Below are positions 37,201-49,980 of a DNA stretch of 64,000 nt, in pieces. Source of the stretch: Tubiluchus corallicola. Lineage: Eukaryota; Animalia; Priapulida. Both the position numbers and the translations under genes were made by a program. The notes under the pieces were generated by a model. The model saw nothing but the letters and a program-made list of their open reading frames with translations. It ran no database searches and was not told where the DNA came from. Position 1 is the first letter of the stretch; each line of letters begins with the position of its first letter. The stretch spans positions 310,001-374,000 of the forward strand of contig JAQGDQ010000151.1 of NCBI GenBank assembly GCA_030141605.1, written 5' to 3'.

Positions 37201-40200
37201 CTTATTTAGCACACCACACCCTACTCTCAATTGTGAACTGTTTCTTCCACGGTAGTACACTCCTATTCAGAATTATACGCAAGGGGTATTCAAGCTTCTC
37301 ACTTCATGGTGCTATTTTGCCTGGGCTGTACTTAACAATATGCACTTAAAATATGGCTACGTTCGCATCTCAAATGTTGACGGTTATAACCTCAAGCAGA
37401 AAAACTATGGAAATAGAATAGTACTATAATTTTATCAGCAAAGAGGGTTATAATGAAAACATGTAGAAAAAGTGTTAACATCTCTGGCACTCCATGCTGT
37501 GAGAGTAAAATGTCTTAAATCTGTTTTTTGTCAGCTAAAACAACTTTCTATCATAACCTTATGAGTAGAATAAGACAGAATAAGAATAATCTATTTTTCA
37601 AGCAGATCAAATTGATGCCAACAATTTTACTGAAGAGCAAACCGTTGCTTATTAAAAATTAACATTACTAAGGACACGAGGATAGCTACAAGTGTTCACA
37701 ATATGTGCATAGCAACCAAAGTTAAGCAATGTTGAGGCAGGACAGTAAATTGATGGAAAACCATTTCGGTTATTTTAAGCCACACTTCAGCTAGATTCCA
37801 GTCCCTCAAGAAACACATATGCATTAAATACAGTATTGGATCCAGGCTTGCAGAGTGCTGAACTACATAAAAAACAGTAAAGTGTTCACCTCTTCATATC
37901 GGTGAAACCAGCTACAGGTCCCTGTTCACATTGTATCATAAATACAAAGCAAACAAATATGGCAGTGAAGCTGACAACCCAACAGAATCGGATGGCATCT
38001 TGGCAAGACATTTTAAATCTTTTAACCAGCCATCCGCTGACGAAACTACTTCCACCACCAGCAGGGATCACAACAAACCCTGAAAATTACACTATCCTAA
38101 ACATCAAATGAACGCAATTTCCTGAAAATTTCATATTAAAAATTAAAATCGTATAATAAAAACATATTTACTTATAATAAGGCCATGCTTACATATGGTT
38201 AATATGCAAACACGAATTACCGATTATTATGGCTGCTGCACTAGCTGTCATCTTGTACTGCACTTCAACGTATTTGGGCAAAAAAACAGTAAATCCAGCA
38301 ACCAGCATACCTAAAATAAAAGTGCAGATTTGCTGTATTAAACGTGAAAGGTGAAATCATACTTGAAAATTCTCACTGCGTCCATATTACGGCATTCTTG
38401 TGAGAAGAATGGCAGTGTGATAAATCGATATGTGTGCGTGTTCTCAATGTATATGCTCAGCTGCAAAGCAATATCAAGATCAAGCAGAACAACTCTGCTT
38501 CTCAGGCTTGGCTAAGATGTCTCATCCATTCATTGTCTCAACTCAAAAAATTATCCTTGACACAGCCCTGCCTCAACCATCTACATTAAGTGGTCCTAGT
38601 ACTGCACTTAGTATAGGAATGCGGCTTGCAAATGACCAAACCATGCTAAAAACTGACTCAAAAAGGGTTGAATAGTAATTTTAGTAGATCACAGCACAGG
38701 TTCTCGCACTGATCAATTGTTTAAGGCTATGAAAACAATAATCGTGGATAAAATGTGATTTAATCATTTTTAACTTAAATATTTTAGAAACACTAGCAAG
38801 CATCACAACGTAAAACTTAAATGAATATGATGAAGAACACCTCAAGTTGCAAGTTCTATTGGTCAAAACGTTAGAGCATAAAATGAGTAAAACTAGTGGT
38901 AAAATAAAAACAAAGAGCTTATACACCATGAATGTCCTTCCGTTTTCCAAGACTACCAAAGGCAAAAGACATCTTTGACACTAAATTTTGTAATATTTTT
39001 TTTCCAAAACATGAATTCAAGAGGTACTAATTTTTATAGATTATAGGTGCCTTGGCTTAACGTAATGCCCAAAGAGGCAGTTATTCCATAATTACCTTAT
39101 AGCAGAAAGTATGTGATTTTCACCTTGACAACATTTTAACAAACAAAAACTTTGGAGAATATACTCAATTATACACTCACTTTTCAAACTAGGCAGAGCA
39201 CATTCTATTATAGATAATTTACCTTCAGTAGCACCAGCAAGATTTATGAACATGAATGTCGGATTTGACATCAAGTTTTTAAAAGCCTTGGGCACATCCT
39301 TGTAGGACTCTCCAAAATGTGCCCTGGTAACCGCCTCCTCATCTCCTTTCTTATGCACCTCACAAATTCTTTCTGCTCTTGCTTGTTCAGCACCTTTGAA
39401 TGAACAAATAATCACACATATTAATTTTTTTAAGCAAAACACCTTAAGTCATTTATTTACGATATTAACAAAATTACATTTAAGCAACAGTAAACACACA
39501 ATTTAGTCAGAAGTAAAGCAGGCCATCACTATTTCTATGACCTAACACATTTATATGTAATTGTTATGTTACATGTTATTTATGGAAATCTTTACTTTAT
39601 CTGTCAAGCTATCCAAGAAAGAAACAAGCCTTAACTATGCAATTTGGCGCAAAAATATCTAAATATTAGAGATATGAAGAAAAAGAAGATGCACATTCAC
39701 ACTGAGGTTACATCCCAACTCAGGAAAATTTGATGAGAAAATTTGCAAAACACATATTGCGAAATTTGGTAGGAGATTACTAGTCTACAAGAAACTATTA
39801 TATTTTCAAAACCAACAGAACAAAATCAAGATCACTTAGCAATGCATTTGAAGACAGGTGCATGAGTCTCCTCCAACCTGCCTAGTACTTTTCTAAAAAA
39901 CACACAGTAATGCCAAAGCATATAGCCTTTTAACAATAAAAAAATGTCATTAAGTTGCCAAATTAGTTCTGCAAAAAAGTTTTCAAAAGCCACAATGCTT
40001 TTGTGAATTTCGCGCATTTGTTCCATTTCATTTCCTAGTTTTTCGCACTCTAGTTATGATTTTTCAAGAGCAAACTTTTACAATTTTTTTTATATTCCTC
40101 TCCTTACGACGCAGCAGAAGTGCAGGATTTTTTGCTCCGCCCGTTTCCGCTATCTTTTGTTTCTACAAACATTTTTTCCATTTTCAGAAATCTTCGGCAC

Positions 40201-42171
40201 TTCTGAAGTTAGAATGTTGTTGTTCTCGTGTGCACGACTTTATTCACGAATTTATTCACAACAAAATGCACGAAAAATATATATAATGACATACCTGGTA
40301 AGTCACGGGGCATTCCAAACAATGGAAGTGCACCAATCCAACACAAAAATGAGCACAGGAAAACTCCTATCCACCATGCCCCAATCCAGGCACTACTGGA
40401 TGGTGTCAGATTAAAACTAGAAACAAAATTTTAAGTAACAAACTTATTTGCAGCCAGCACTTGTTACCTGCATCAAGCACAACCTCAAAATCGCAAGAGC
40501 ACAAAAGGGCAGGTATAATGTTTCAATTTCTGTGTTAATGCTCTTTATCTTAGAAGGTAAACATGTCAGGTAATTCACATCAGTCAGCACTTTCAATAAC
40601 TGGGAAACAAAAAATGCCTTTGCCACTTGCAAAAAAATTCAAGATTCAATCTCACAAGCATACGGACACTACCACACCCCAATGTTCATTATTCTATGCA
40701 TTTTGTTAAATGACTGAAAAATAAAACAATTGTGCACAGTAACAAAATGAGATACCACTACAAATAAAAACAGTTCACTAACAAGTAAGATATTACTTAC
40801 TCTGCTGGGTCTCTAGCAGGTGCATCAACGTAAACTGCTAACAAAAACCCACCAGCCAAAAAACCAACAGCAGGTCCTAAAAGGTTCATCATGCAAAAGA
40901 TGCCTAAAACAAGAAACAAGAACAAATTCAACAAAGAGCAAATCTGCACATGCATGTTGTTAGAAAAAAAGCACAAATCACAAAATGCTGATAAATTTTG
41001 TTACTAGAAATCTTTTGTTACTACTTACTGATCAATTTTACTATTAAAGCTGCAATATACCGGCATTTATATTACAAATCACAAGTTAGATTAGGCCGAT
41101 AACAATAAAATACTTTAATATATATTAACCGCTATTAATATAGAGGTTAACAGGTGTAACTGCTTTGGTTGCATTTCATTTAGATAACATAACTTATTTA
41201 TAAATTTTCATGTAGAAATAAGCAATACATTTTCATTTTCACAACATCCAAGTCAAGCCAATCGAGCTAAAGAGCTTTAAAACAGCAAATAGTAAGGAAA
41301 TATACACAGCAAGTTCATGTCCATATAGAGTAATAATGATACAAAATAACTATTTAAAGCAATTTGTAGTATTGACACTATAAACTCCGAAAAAAGACAT
41401 TTATTTTATATAATCAATAATCAACTTTAGGTGAGCATGTCCCTTCCACCATAAAAAGTTACAATGGAAAAATGTGTCATCTGCTTAAAATATAATTATA
41501 TTCTTACCGTAATATAAAGAGACTACTTTTGGTCGTACATTATCATCCAGGAATGCAATTCCAAGCGTGTTGAAACTCGATGAGCCAGCTCCAATTACCA
41601 CCAGTGCAAAGTAAAAAATATATTTGTAATTACTTAAGTCTAATTCATAAATTTCCTCGCATGGATCATATATGCTTCTATTGTCACACAAATGTTCTGA
41701 ACTGTTAGAGGAAGGTGGTGAGTAATAATCTGTTATAAAATGAGGTAAACTAAATGTAAAAGCACCAATGCCCATTAGCACCATTCCAATGCTGAGAAAA
41801 CGAGGCTTGTTTCTTGTTGCACCAATGTAGCTCACCGGTAAAAGGCATACTGTAGAAGCAATGTCATAGCAACTAGCAATAAGCCCTGACTCAGAGCTGC
41901 TCATAGAGAATCGCTGCTCAAGTGTAGTAATCACAACTGGGAGCAGTCCATTCACGATCATATTTTGAAGGCCAACAGGCCAACAAAACCAAAACAGAAA
42001 CCACCTAGGATGACTAAAGCTTTGCAGACAGCGTGGCTTATAAGAAAAGCATCCAAACGAATGATCAACCATATCCAGATCGTCAGGTGAGCCATGTTTT
42101 TTTGCAAACTCATCCTGTGCAGCAGCGTTATTTCCAGTGGCCACTTTCTTTTCATCATTATCTGATACCAT
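34222..42171 (-). CDS. Organic anion transporting polypeptide (OATP/SLCO family, SLCO4-like)
   Basis: Exons 42171-41508, 40903-40801, 40416-40295, 39393-39223, 38310-38221, 38079-37890, 37152-36996, 36564-36380, 35554-35490, 34580-34222 (2106 nt, 701 aa). Motifs: ITTLEQRFSMSSSESGLIASCYD, FLDDNV, WIGAWWIG, Kazal-like [37 protein letters not shown]. An acceptor at 42322 implies an unlocated upstream 5'UTR exon. Confidence 0.93.
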
Positions 42172-44824
42172 TGTGGTCCGAACGAAAGTGTATGTCCACA
42201 CACATTCATACAGTTACCCTTGTAGATCATACTGACTTTTATCATGTAGTTACTGCAGCTCAGCAAATCATACTTTCGACACATTTTAGGCCTGTTGAGC
42301 AAACACTCTAATCTTGCTAAGTCTAAAACAAATATTAATAAAAAATGTAACGCCTGAAAGCAACCAAGTTAACAAGAGACACACAAAGCTTAGAAAACAT
42401 TTTTTATCTTTCATAGCTGAGTACAAATGCACTGAACTGCAAGGCTCAGCTACATACACATCTCATTCACAATATCCTAGATACCTCTGAACTTTCAGAA
42501 TACAGTTAAAGCAACAAGCTGATCCACAAAAAGTTGTTTTCCACACATTGCTTTTCCTGTGACTTTATGCACTTGGAAAATTAGAACAATTGCCTATTCA
42601 TCAATACGTCATCATGTATAAAATTATGTCTAATGGCAACATTCTAAATGTTTTTACAGAAAACACAGACTTCTATGTCAACATGTGATGTGGAACGCTT
42701 ACAAAATTAAATGTAAAAACAAGCAGTTAATTAAATAATTAAAAATAAAATTTAATAAAAAAATTGCAACAAAAGCTAAGTTACCATAACAATTGTTCTT
42801 CCAAAAATAACCACAAAATTGCAAAGCAAGTTAAGTTTAAGTTAAAGAGTCATTGAAAGGCAATAATAAAACCAGATTTCCTGCTAGTTTTCCTGTAAAT
42901 TTAACTGAGGTAGTCAGGAATATATAAACACAGAGTTCTATAGGACACAGTATAAAAAGCATTCACAGAGAATATGCAAATGAACAACACAATAATTTAT
43001 GTTTTACAAATTAAAAACAGTTATGCACTACAAATTTGTGCCAGGCCAGTTGAATAAACACTGCAAAAAAATTTTTGGCATCAATTAGTTCCATTGTATT
43101 TCACAAAGACAGGAAGCTATATCTGTACTATCAAATTAGCTACATCCCTAAAATTTACAGCTTACACACTCTACGGGTATGTACACATGCAGCAGTTACA
43201 AAACACCAAACTGGTGATCAAGTTTCAGAAAAAGGTAAGTTGTGACCATCACGAATTTGGCTAAAATTTCTTGGATAAGTTGCATGAGTATTCAATAGAG
43301 TCTTTGAAGTAAATGTATTGCGTTTAATCTAAAAGTTTGCACCTGGATAAACTATAAATTGCACACTTGAAATAAGCAAATGACAAAGGATTTCACATAA
43401 AAAATTAAACTTAAGGGAATATCCCTTCAGGGCTTAAAGGGCTGCCAATTATGGCCCGAAACAATTAATACCAATTTTGCTAGGGTTTTTTGCACAAAAA
43501 CTTGTGCAGATCACAATTCTGAGTTTTGTAATTGGTACATGTGTACATATGTACAAATAAAGAATGCATGCTGCAAATTTCAGGCCTGCAGTTAATTTGG
43601 TAATAAATATATAGTTAATTAAAATTTACTCTAAGAAAAAAATGCACTAGCGAAGTACCAAAATAATTAACAATCTGTTTTCATTGCTTAGTTAATAACT
43701 TGAAAAATATTAATTATATTAAGCCAGTTTTCTGTGTCTTTCATTAATAATAACAGCAGAACTCATTTTGAAAGTATGAAGCAAATCTGAGATGTGTTAT
43801 GCGTATCAAATACAGCACTCTCATGTAGATGAGTCAACAGCTACAAGCACTGCTGTAATTGTACATAACTTACAGACAGAATAAAGCAAGCAGGATAGTT
43901 AAGAAAAGAATAAGTTTGTCAACAGGTTGAAAAGTTGTCAGGCGACGACTATCAGTAAACTTGACAGCTTTTAGAATAAATTGGTATAAAAGAGTGGCAT
44001 TTAACAAGAAGCAGGCAATAACGATGGAGATTTTTTTAAAATAAACTGTTCTGCTTTTCCAAAATAAATAATTCTGTGACCTTTCAAACTTTAATTTTTA
44101 CTGAAAACGCTGCTTTAAATAAACACGGTTATTTTCCATTAAACAACTCATAAGCTAGCCAGAATGTAGATTTAATTATTAGGCGATGTTTCAGCCCCTG
44201 CTGAAATGCTCATAATCAGTCATACTAAGTCTATACAGCTATAAAAACAAAACAAAAACCTGTCATATTTCCACCCACGGAGACATCCCGGGCCTTATGC
44301 GAGTTTATTACAACAACCGAAACACTCTCGACTGTCAGCAGACGCCGCAATGAATAACAGTGGGGTTTAGAAAAGCATCTCGAGTAGCGTTTTAAGCAGA
44401 AATTTATTGCATACATAACATCTACATTAATAATCGAAATAATGGAGTTTAAACATTAAAAGTTTGCTATTTTATGACAAAACAGTTTCTGAACAGTGGG
44501 ACTCTTAAAAGAAAGTTACCGCTGTGCATATCAGCCTTATAGGCTTTATTTCTACATAACACATAACTCACACAACACTATAACAGAGTTTCAGAGATAG
44601 CAAGCAAATTTTATTGGTCCCTTGAAGTTCATTACAAGTGGATTATTAGTGGAAATCAATAATAAATTCCATTGGTCAAAATTACACTAAATATATTGTA
44701 AGTACAGCTTTTTAAACAAGTTTAGGAGCACTGCTCTACAGACTACTTGTGAAGCTGCCACCTTAAAATCTAAAAAATCGCAATGAATTAACATATTACC
44801 TGTAAATTTTAAATTTATTCTCAC

Positions 44825-45617
44825 CTAAATATACAGGAGCTACTTTCAGACACACATTATCATCTAGAAGTGTGTAAAAACTTGATGACTCAGCACCCCA
44901 CCAGCAAAGTACCGAGATAGAAAGCATATTTGTGAGCAACATAGCTTGAATGAAATCTTTCTTTGCATGGATCATATATGCTTGTATTATCATACAAATG
45001 TTCTGATGCATTGGAGAGGGGTGAACAATAATCTGTGGTAAACTAAATGTAAAAGCACCAAAGAGCATTAGCACCATTCCAATGCTGAGAGAATGAGGTT
45101 TATTCCTTGTAGCACCAATATAACTTACCGGTAAACCTGAAATCACAGATGCGATATCATAGCAAGTAACAATAAGCCCTGATTCAGAGCTACTCATTGA
45201 GAATCATTGCTCGAGTGTAGTAATCACAACTCGTAGGAAGCCATTCACTATCATACCTTGAAGTCTGCCGGTCCAACAAAATCAAAACAGAAACCATCTA
45301 GGATGGCGAAACTTTTACAGACAGCGTGGCTTATAAGAAAAGCACCCAAATGAGTGATCAACCATATGCACATCCTCATCACTTGAACCATGTTTCTCAG
45401 AAAACTCATCCTGTGGTATAACATTGTTTTCATTTGGCACTTCCTTTTCATCATTACTATGCGAAACCATTGTGGTCTAATATACAAAAATGTATGGCCA
45501 AAATCCACACACGCAGGTAAATAGTCGCCTTTGTATATTACACGATCAGTGTAGCTTAGCAAGCAATCCATTGTGCACATTTCAGCAATGTTGGTAAACA
45601 TTCTAATCTTTCTATGC
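44825..45617 (-). pseudogene. Decayed genomic duplicate of the SLCO first coding exon
   Basis: Colinear with 42322-41508, including the UTR part, the ATG (45470), the acceptor (TTTTAG at 45618) and the donor (TTAG|GTGAGA at 44824). In-frame TGA at 45284-45282 (TGG>TGA) and 45206-45204 (CGA>TGA), plus indels. No downstream paralogous exons seen before the real gene. Confidence 0.85.
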
Positions 45618-46963
45618 CTAAAACAAACAAAATGACAGCAAAGTAACAAATTCTCAACAAAGTGGAAGCTAACAATTGCCAACAAACCAGTGAATTATTA
45701 AAGAAAAATACGAACAATATTTATTAACTCTGAACACCTTTAACACTTCATAATTTATCAAAAAGTTTCCCAATTTGAAGCAATAGTTGGGTCGTTTTCA
45801 GTAGTTTCATGGCCACAGAAAGCAAAGGTGTCTCGTATCTTAGTGGATTTGTCTTCTATAAAGGCTAAATAACAAATTTACATGTATTACCCTCCCAAAA
45901 ACACAGGCAATCTACGAAAAAGCCTCAAAATCTATAATGGCTGCCGTCTGTCATTTTGAAAGTTATCTTTTTATTGATTTGGATAATGGTGCCGCACAAC
46001 ATATTTCTAGGATTTTTGCACCAGGGAATTCATTTTTAATGTATTTTTTATTATTTGACCCACTTTAGACCTTCAAATACAAAATTACTGATGTCAGCCA
46101 TTTGGATTTTATCTCTTAAGCAATTTGGCCCGCAAAACTGCACAATATATATTTTTTGGGATATCTGGGATCGACAAAATCACGTTTGCTGTTCTTTTAG
46201 CAATTTGACTATTTTTGATCTTTAGGTCGAAGAAGATGGCAGATTTATACGTCTGGGAACTTCATATAGTCTGCGTAACTAAGCGATTTGATTTTTCATT
46301 GAAGAGAAATCACTGAAAACTGTCTTCAAGCTGAGTTATGCAGAGTCACTCTACAAGTGAACAAGAAAATTACAAAGACATCCACCATGTCTGAATTTGT
46401 CAGATACATAATTGTGGGTAAATCTGAAACATGTTAGGTTACCAACAACCGACCTGCAAACCTAACAGCTGAAGACAGAAACAGTGTGCGTAATACTGTT
46501 GTCAGCACCACAATGGGTTATGGTGTTCACATTGTTCAACTACGATGAGGCCCAGTATTTGGGACTTAAGCAAGGTGGTTTCTTTTGGGAGTTTTTTGTT
46601 TTTGTTTTTGACGTTTTAGCAACAAAATATAACTTACTCAATATGGTAAGGATGACTGTACTTGATCCGAACCTGATGACTCTCCGCAATTTTTCTTTAC
46701 ATTATCACCACAGCTGTTGCCAGTATTGTCATCTGAAGAATATTAACGAGGTGTGAACTGCTGGTGGTGCAAAGGTTCAAAAATGTGGCACACTGGTTAA
46801 CGAGTACATTGAATTCTTTGATTCTAAATATAATAATAATATCAGTCAAATAAGTAAAAAAAAGTTACGTAGAACAGAGATCAAAGAAAATCAACTGTTA
46901 AGATGATTGATCACTTTCAAGAAAGAGAGATCAAGAGCATGGTTTAACATTAATTCTTGTTAT

Positions 46964-47326
46964 TGTTGTATTTCTTTCTCTCGGACGGCTCGTAGAGAAA
47001 ACAAGAAAAAACGTCGTCAAATTGAACTAGTTTATTGCGTGAGAATTCCACAACACAAAGTATGAAGGAACGCAAAACATATATAGTCAAGTTATAATCT
47101 GGAAACTTGAAATTAAACTGAGAATATGAGAATAAACTTGAGCGGCCAGCTCCGCCTTATATATCAGTGCAAATCGACAACACCAGAACAACCTAGAAAC
47201 TACTACACGCATCGCGTATAGAAAGTTCTAGAATCTACGATTGCTTCTACAAGGTAAAAAGATTGTTCTACTATACTATAGAACATTCTACAATTTTCTA
47301 TTTAATTCTAATGGATCTCCACAACA
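46964..47326 (-). mobile_element. Solo LTR, 363 bp
   Basis: Termini TGTTGT...ACAACA with an exact 5-bp TSD GTTAT (46959-63, 47327-31). On the minus strand a TATA-like TATATAAGG (~47163-47155) is followed ~120 nt later by AATAAA (47036-47031). Confidence 0.8.
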
Positions 47327-47659
47327 GTTATATAACACAATGATTTGACCCGTGAGGGAACTACATAAAATCCCGCACAGATTCTGTAATCAACAAACAA
47401 ACCTGAAAAATAGGTAAATTGAGTACATTCTCAATAATGTAGTAAATTACATGCAAATCATATGCGAACAATTAGCATTCTAGGACGTTCCATGTAGTGT
47501 ATCAGGCTAAAAATGGTAATGCTCTGACTTTGTATTGTTATTAGCTTGTGCATTGAAATTTTTTATAATATTATTAAATTCTTAAATCTGCATGGAGATT
47601 GCCAAGTATTTTGTAGATGTTACACATAGGCATGCTTCTTTCACTAAATTCAATGTTGG

Positions 47660-48200
47660 CTTCTTCTTCTTCTTCATCTGTTGCCCTAATCATCTATTGT
47701 ACACATTGAGGCTCTCTCTAGGACTACCTTTCATTAGAGCACCCTACTGTTTCTTGTCTGTGGCTAAAAGTTTCAACTCCTGTGATGCTATTGTTAAGTT
47801 TGTTCTAAGCTGTTGTAAATATTTATTATTTCATGATATCAAAGTTGCTTTTGGTTTGCTGGGAGGTCATTTAGCAGTCTCGTTTAATGCTAATCTTATT
47901 GGCGTTGTTTCTGGCAGTCTCATTAAATGTCCTACCCATCTTAGTCTTCAAATTCTAATTTTAGTACTCCGACGTTCCTCTTTGGTTCTGTTATACAGTT
48001 GCTCCTTTGAAATGATATACTGCCATTTCATTTTTAAATTTCTCAAAGAAGGACTCTGTGAATCACAGTTATTTCTGTTACCGTCATTGCACTCAAACTC
48101 CACATTTCACGCTTGTACATGAAGATACCAGTTATATATGCACTGAAAAACTGCAGCCTTGTTTTGAGTGATAATTTCTTGCTGTTTAGAAATTATTTTT
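47660..48200 (-). mobile_element. RTE-clade LINE 3' fragment
   Basis: Minus-strand translation KMKWQYIISKEQLYNRTKEERRSTKIRI*RLRWVGHLMRLPETTPIRLAL, ending in a (GAA)n tail (TTCTTCTTCTTCTTC at ~47661). Confidence 0.75.
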
Positions 48201-48715
48201 ATTTTAGATAAAACCAAACACTGCCCGTTGTTTCTATTTTTGATATCATCTTTTGTGTTAAGTAGCTATCCCACTATTGGTATTAAGTATCGTTATTATC
48301 TAACAATGAATCATACATCTAGGGACACAATTCTGTTTACCTCTTTATGCTTACCATAACGGTGAGCACGTAAGGACTCGCTATAATGTCGCAAGTGCAT
48401 TTATCTCTAAGGATCAGTGCTGACGTGTTTAAATCTTTCAGTGCAAAATCTAAATAAGTTAATATCTATCCTCCTGCTGGTGCTATTGCTTGCTGAAGAG
48501 TTGTCTTCACTGGACTATCTTGAAATAGTCTAAGCACATTGCGCGTGTGATGCTTGACTATCTCCACCTATCAAAGGCAGGCATCTTTATAAGGTGCAAA
48601 GTCTATTTTTCAGTAATGCTGATCTTTTGGTTGTCTTTTCCCACTTTACTGTCTTTATAAATTTGTCTTTATCCTGTATTACATGCATTTGTTCACTAGA
48701 TTTCTATTAGAAATC

Positions 48716-49591
48716 CACTCTATTAGAATCCAGGTCCCACTCGATTTTCGCCGAGCGGTCACCTATTCAATACTTGGCTTGCCGCATTACGACGATCCGC
48801 GTTACTTTCACAAGTGCTCGTCAATACTTTTTGTATAGAATTCTATAAAAATACACATTATTATTTATTTAATAATTGAGATAATGCTAAACATGACTTT
48901 GTTCAGTCGAAATGTTGGTTCATCTGAATGAATAAATAAATTGTTGGCTTAAGTGACGTAAAATTAATAGCTATATAATTATTTAAACTAAATTTACTTG
49001 TTATGTTTACGTTTAGTTCACCCCCTCAACTAAAATTTAATGTAAACAACCTCCTGTGCCAGACAATGCACAAGGCTCAAAAAATTGTCTGGGAGCATAA
49101 CATTGAAAATCAGGTATGAAGAGTTTAAAGATACGCACAAAAATGTTATAAACTTGACGGCTGTGGAAATTGAAATCTGATTGTGATGCGCTTAGTTATT
49201 AATAATAATGCGGATGATAATGAAGATGACTAATAATTATAATTATGAAAAATTACTTAGTTTATTTCAATAAAAATCAGCATAAACACAGTTCTCAAAA
49301 AATTATTTCCACTGCTTGTAACAATTTAATTATTTATTCAGGTTAAAATACATTTTATACGATCGTGCGCATCAAAAACTTGGGTCAAATATCAATTTTT
49401 CCTTTTTTATATAAACGAATATTAAACTTGTTGGACTCTTATTCTATTATTTCATTAACTTATTCCACAACTGGTGAAACTCGGGCACTGACCAATCATC
49501 GTATCGTAAGAGCAGCGCTGCTCGTCATAATGGCCATCGAAATAGGCGATTGATCGACGAAAATTGAGCACAACCTGATTCTAACAGAGTG
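48716..49591. mobile_element. MITE-like element with ~90-bp diverged terminal inverted repeats
   Basis: CACTCTATTAGAATCCAGGTCCCACTCGATTTTCGCCGAGCGGTCACCTATT (48716+) matches the reverse complement of 49591-49500, CACTCTGTTAGAATCAGGTTGTGCTCAATTTTCGTCGATCAATCGCCTATT. AT-rich non-coding interior. No TSD identified. Confidence 0.6.
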
Positions 49592-49699
49592 CCGTTCCAC
49601 TAGGTATGTCTTAATTTAATGCTGCTCCTGTATTTTTCTGCACATTCATTTTTTACAAAACATTATTCTTACACTTTATTTCTTTTTTCCATTCAGACT

Positions 49700-49980
49700 T
49701 TTTCATGATTTTCACCTTTCCTTATTTGCATCTATGGCATATTTTTATGCAGCCTCAACTTCTTTATTATACCATGACCTTTCAATTCATGTGCATTGTC
49801 TATTTGCATTTCGAGCACTTCTGATGCTAATCATAAAACTATGCTTAATCCATCTTAGGCGATGCCATTTGATTTTTCTAGTCCAATGCTCTTCTTTTAT
49901 TTTTTCATACAGATCTTTATTTGAGATTTTGTTTAGCTGTCTGATACCTAAAATATGTTTCTGTAATTTCAACGCTGGCG
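49700..49980 (-). mobile_element. Second RTE-like LINE 3' fragment
   Basis: ORF 49787-50020(-) KLQKHILGIRQLNKISNKDLYEKIKEEHWTRKIKWHRLRWIKH matches the RTE C-terminal pattern. Confidence 0.65.

Noticed and set aside
47592-48122. 176-aa hydrophobic plus-strand ORF
   Set aside because: It is the antisense of an RTE LINE fragment.
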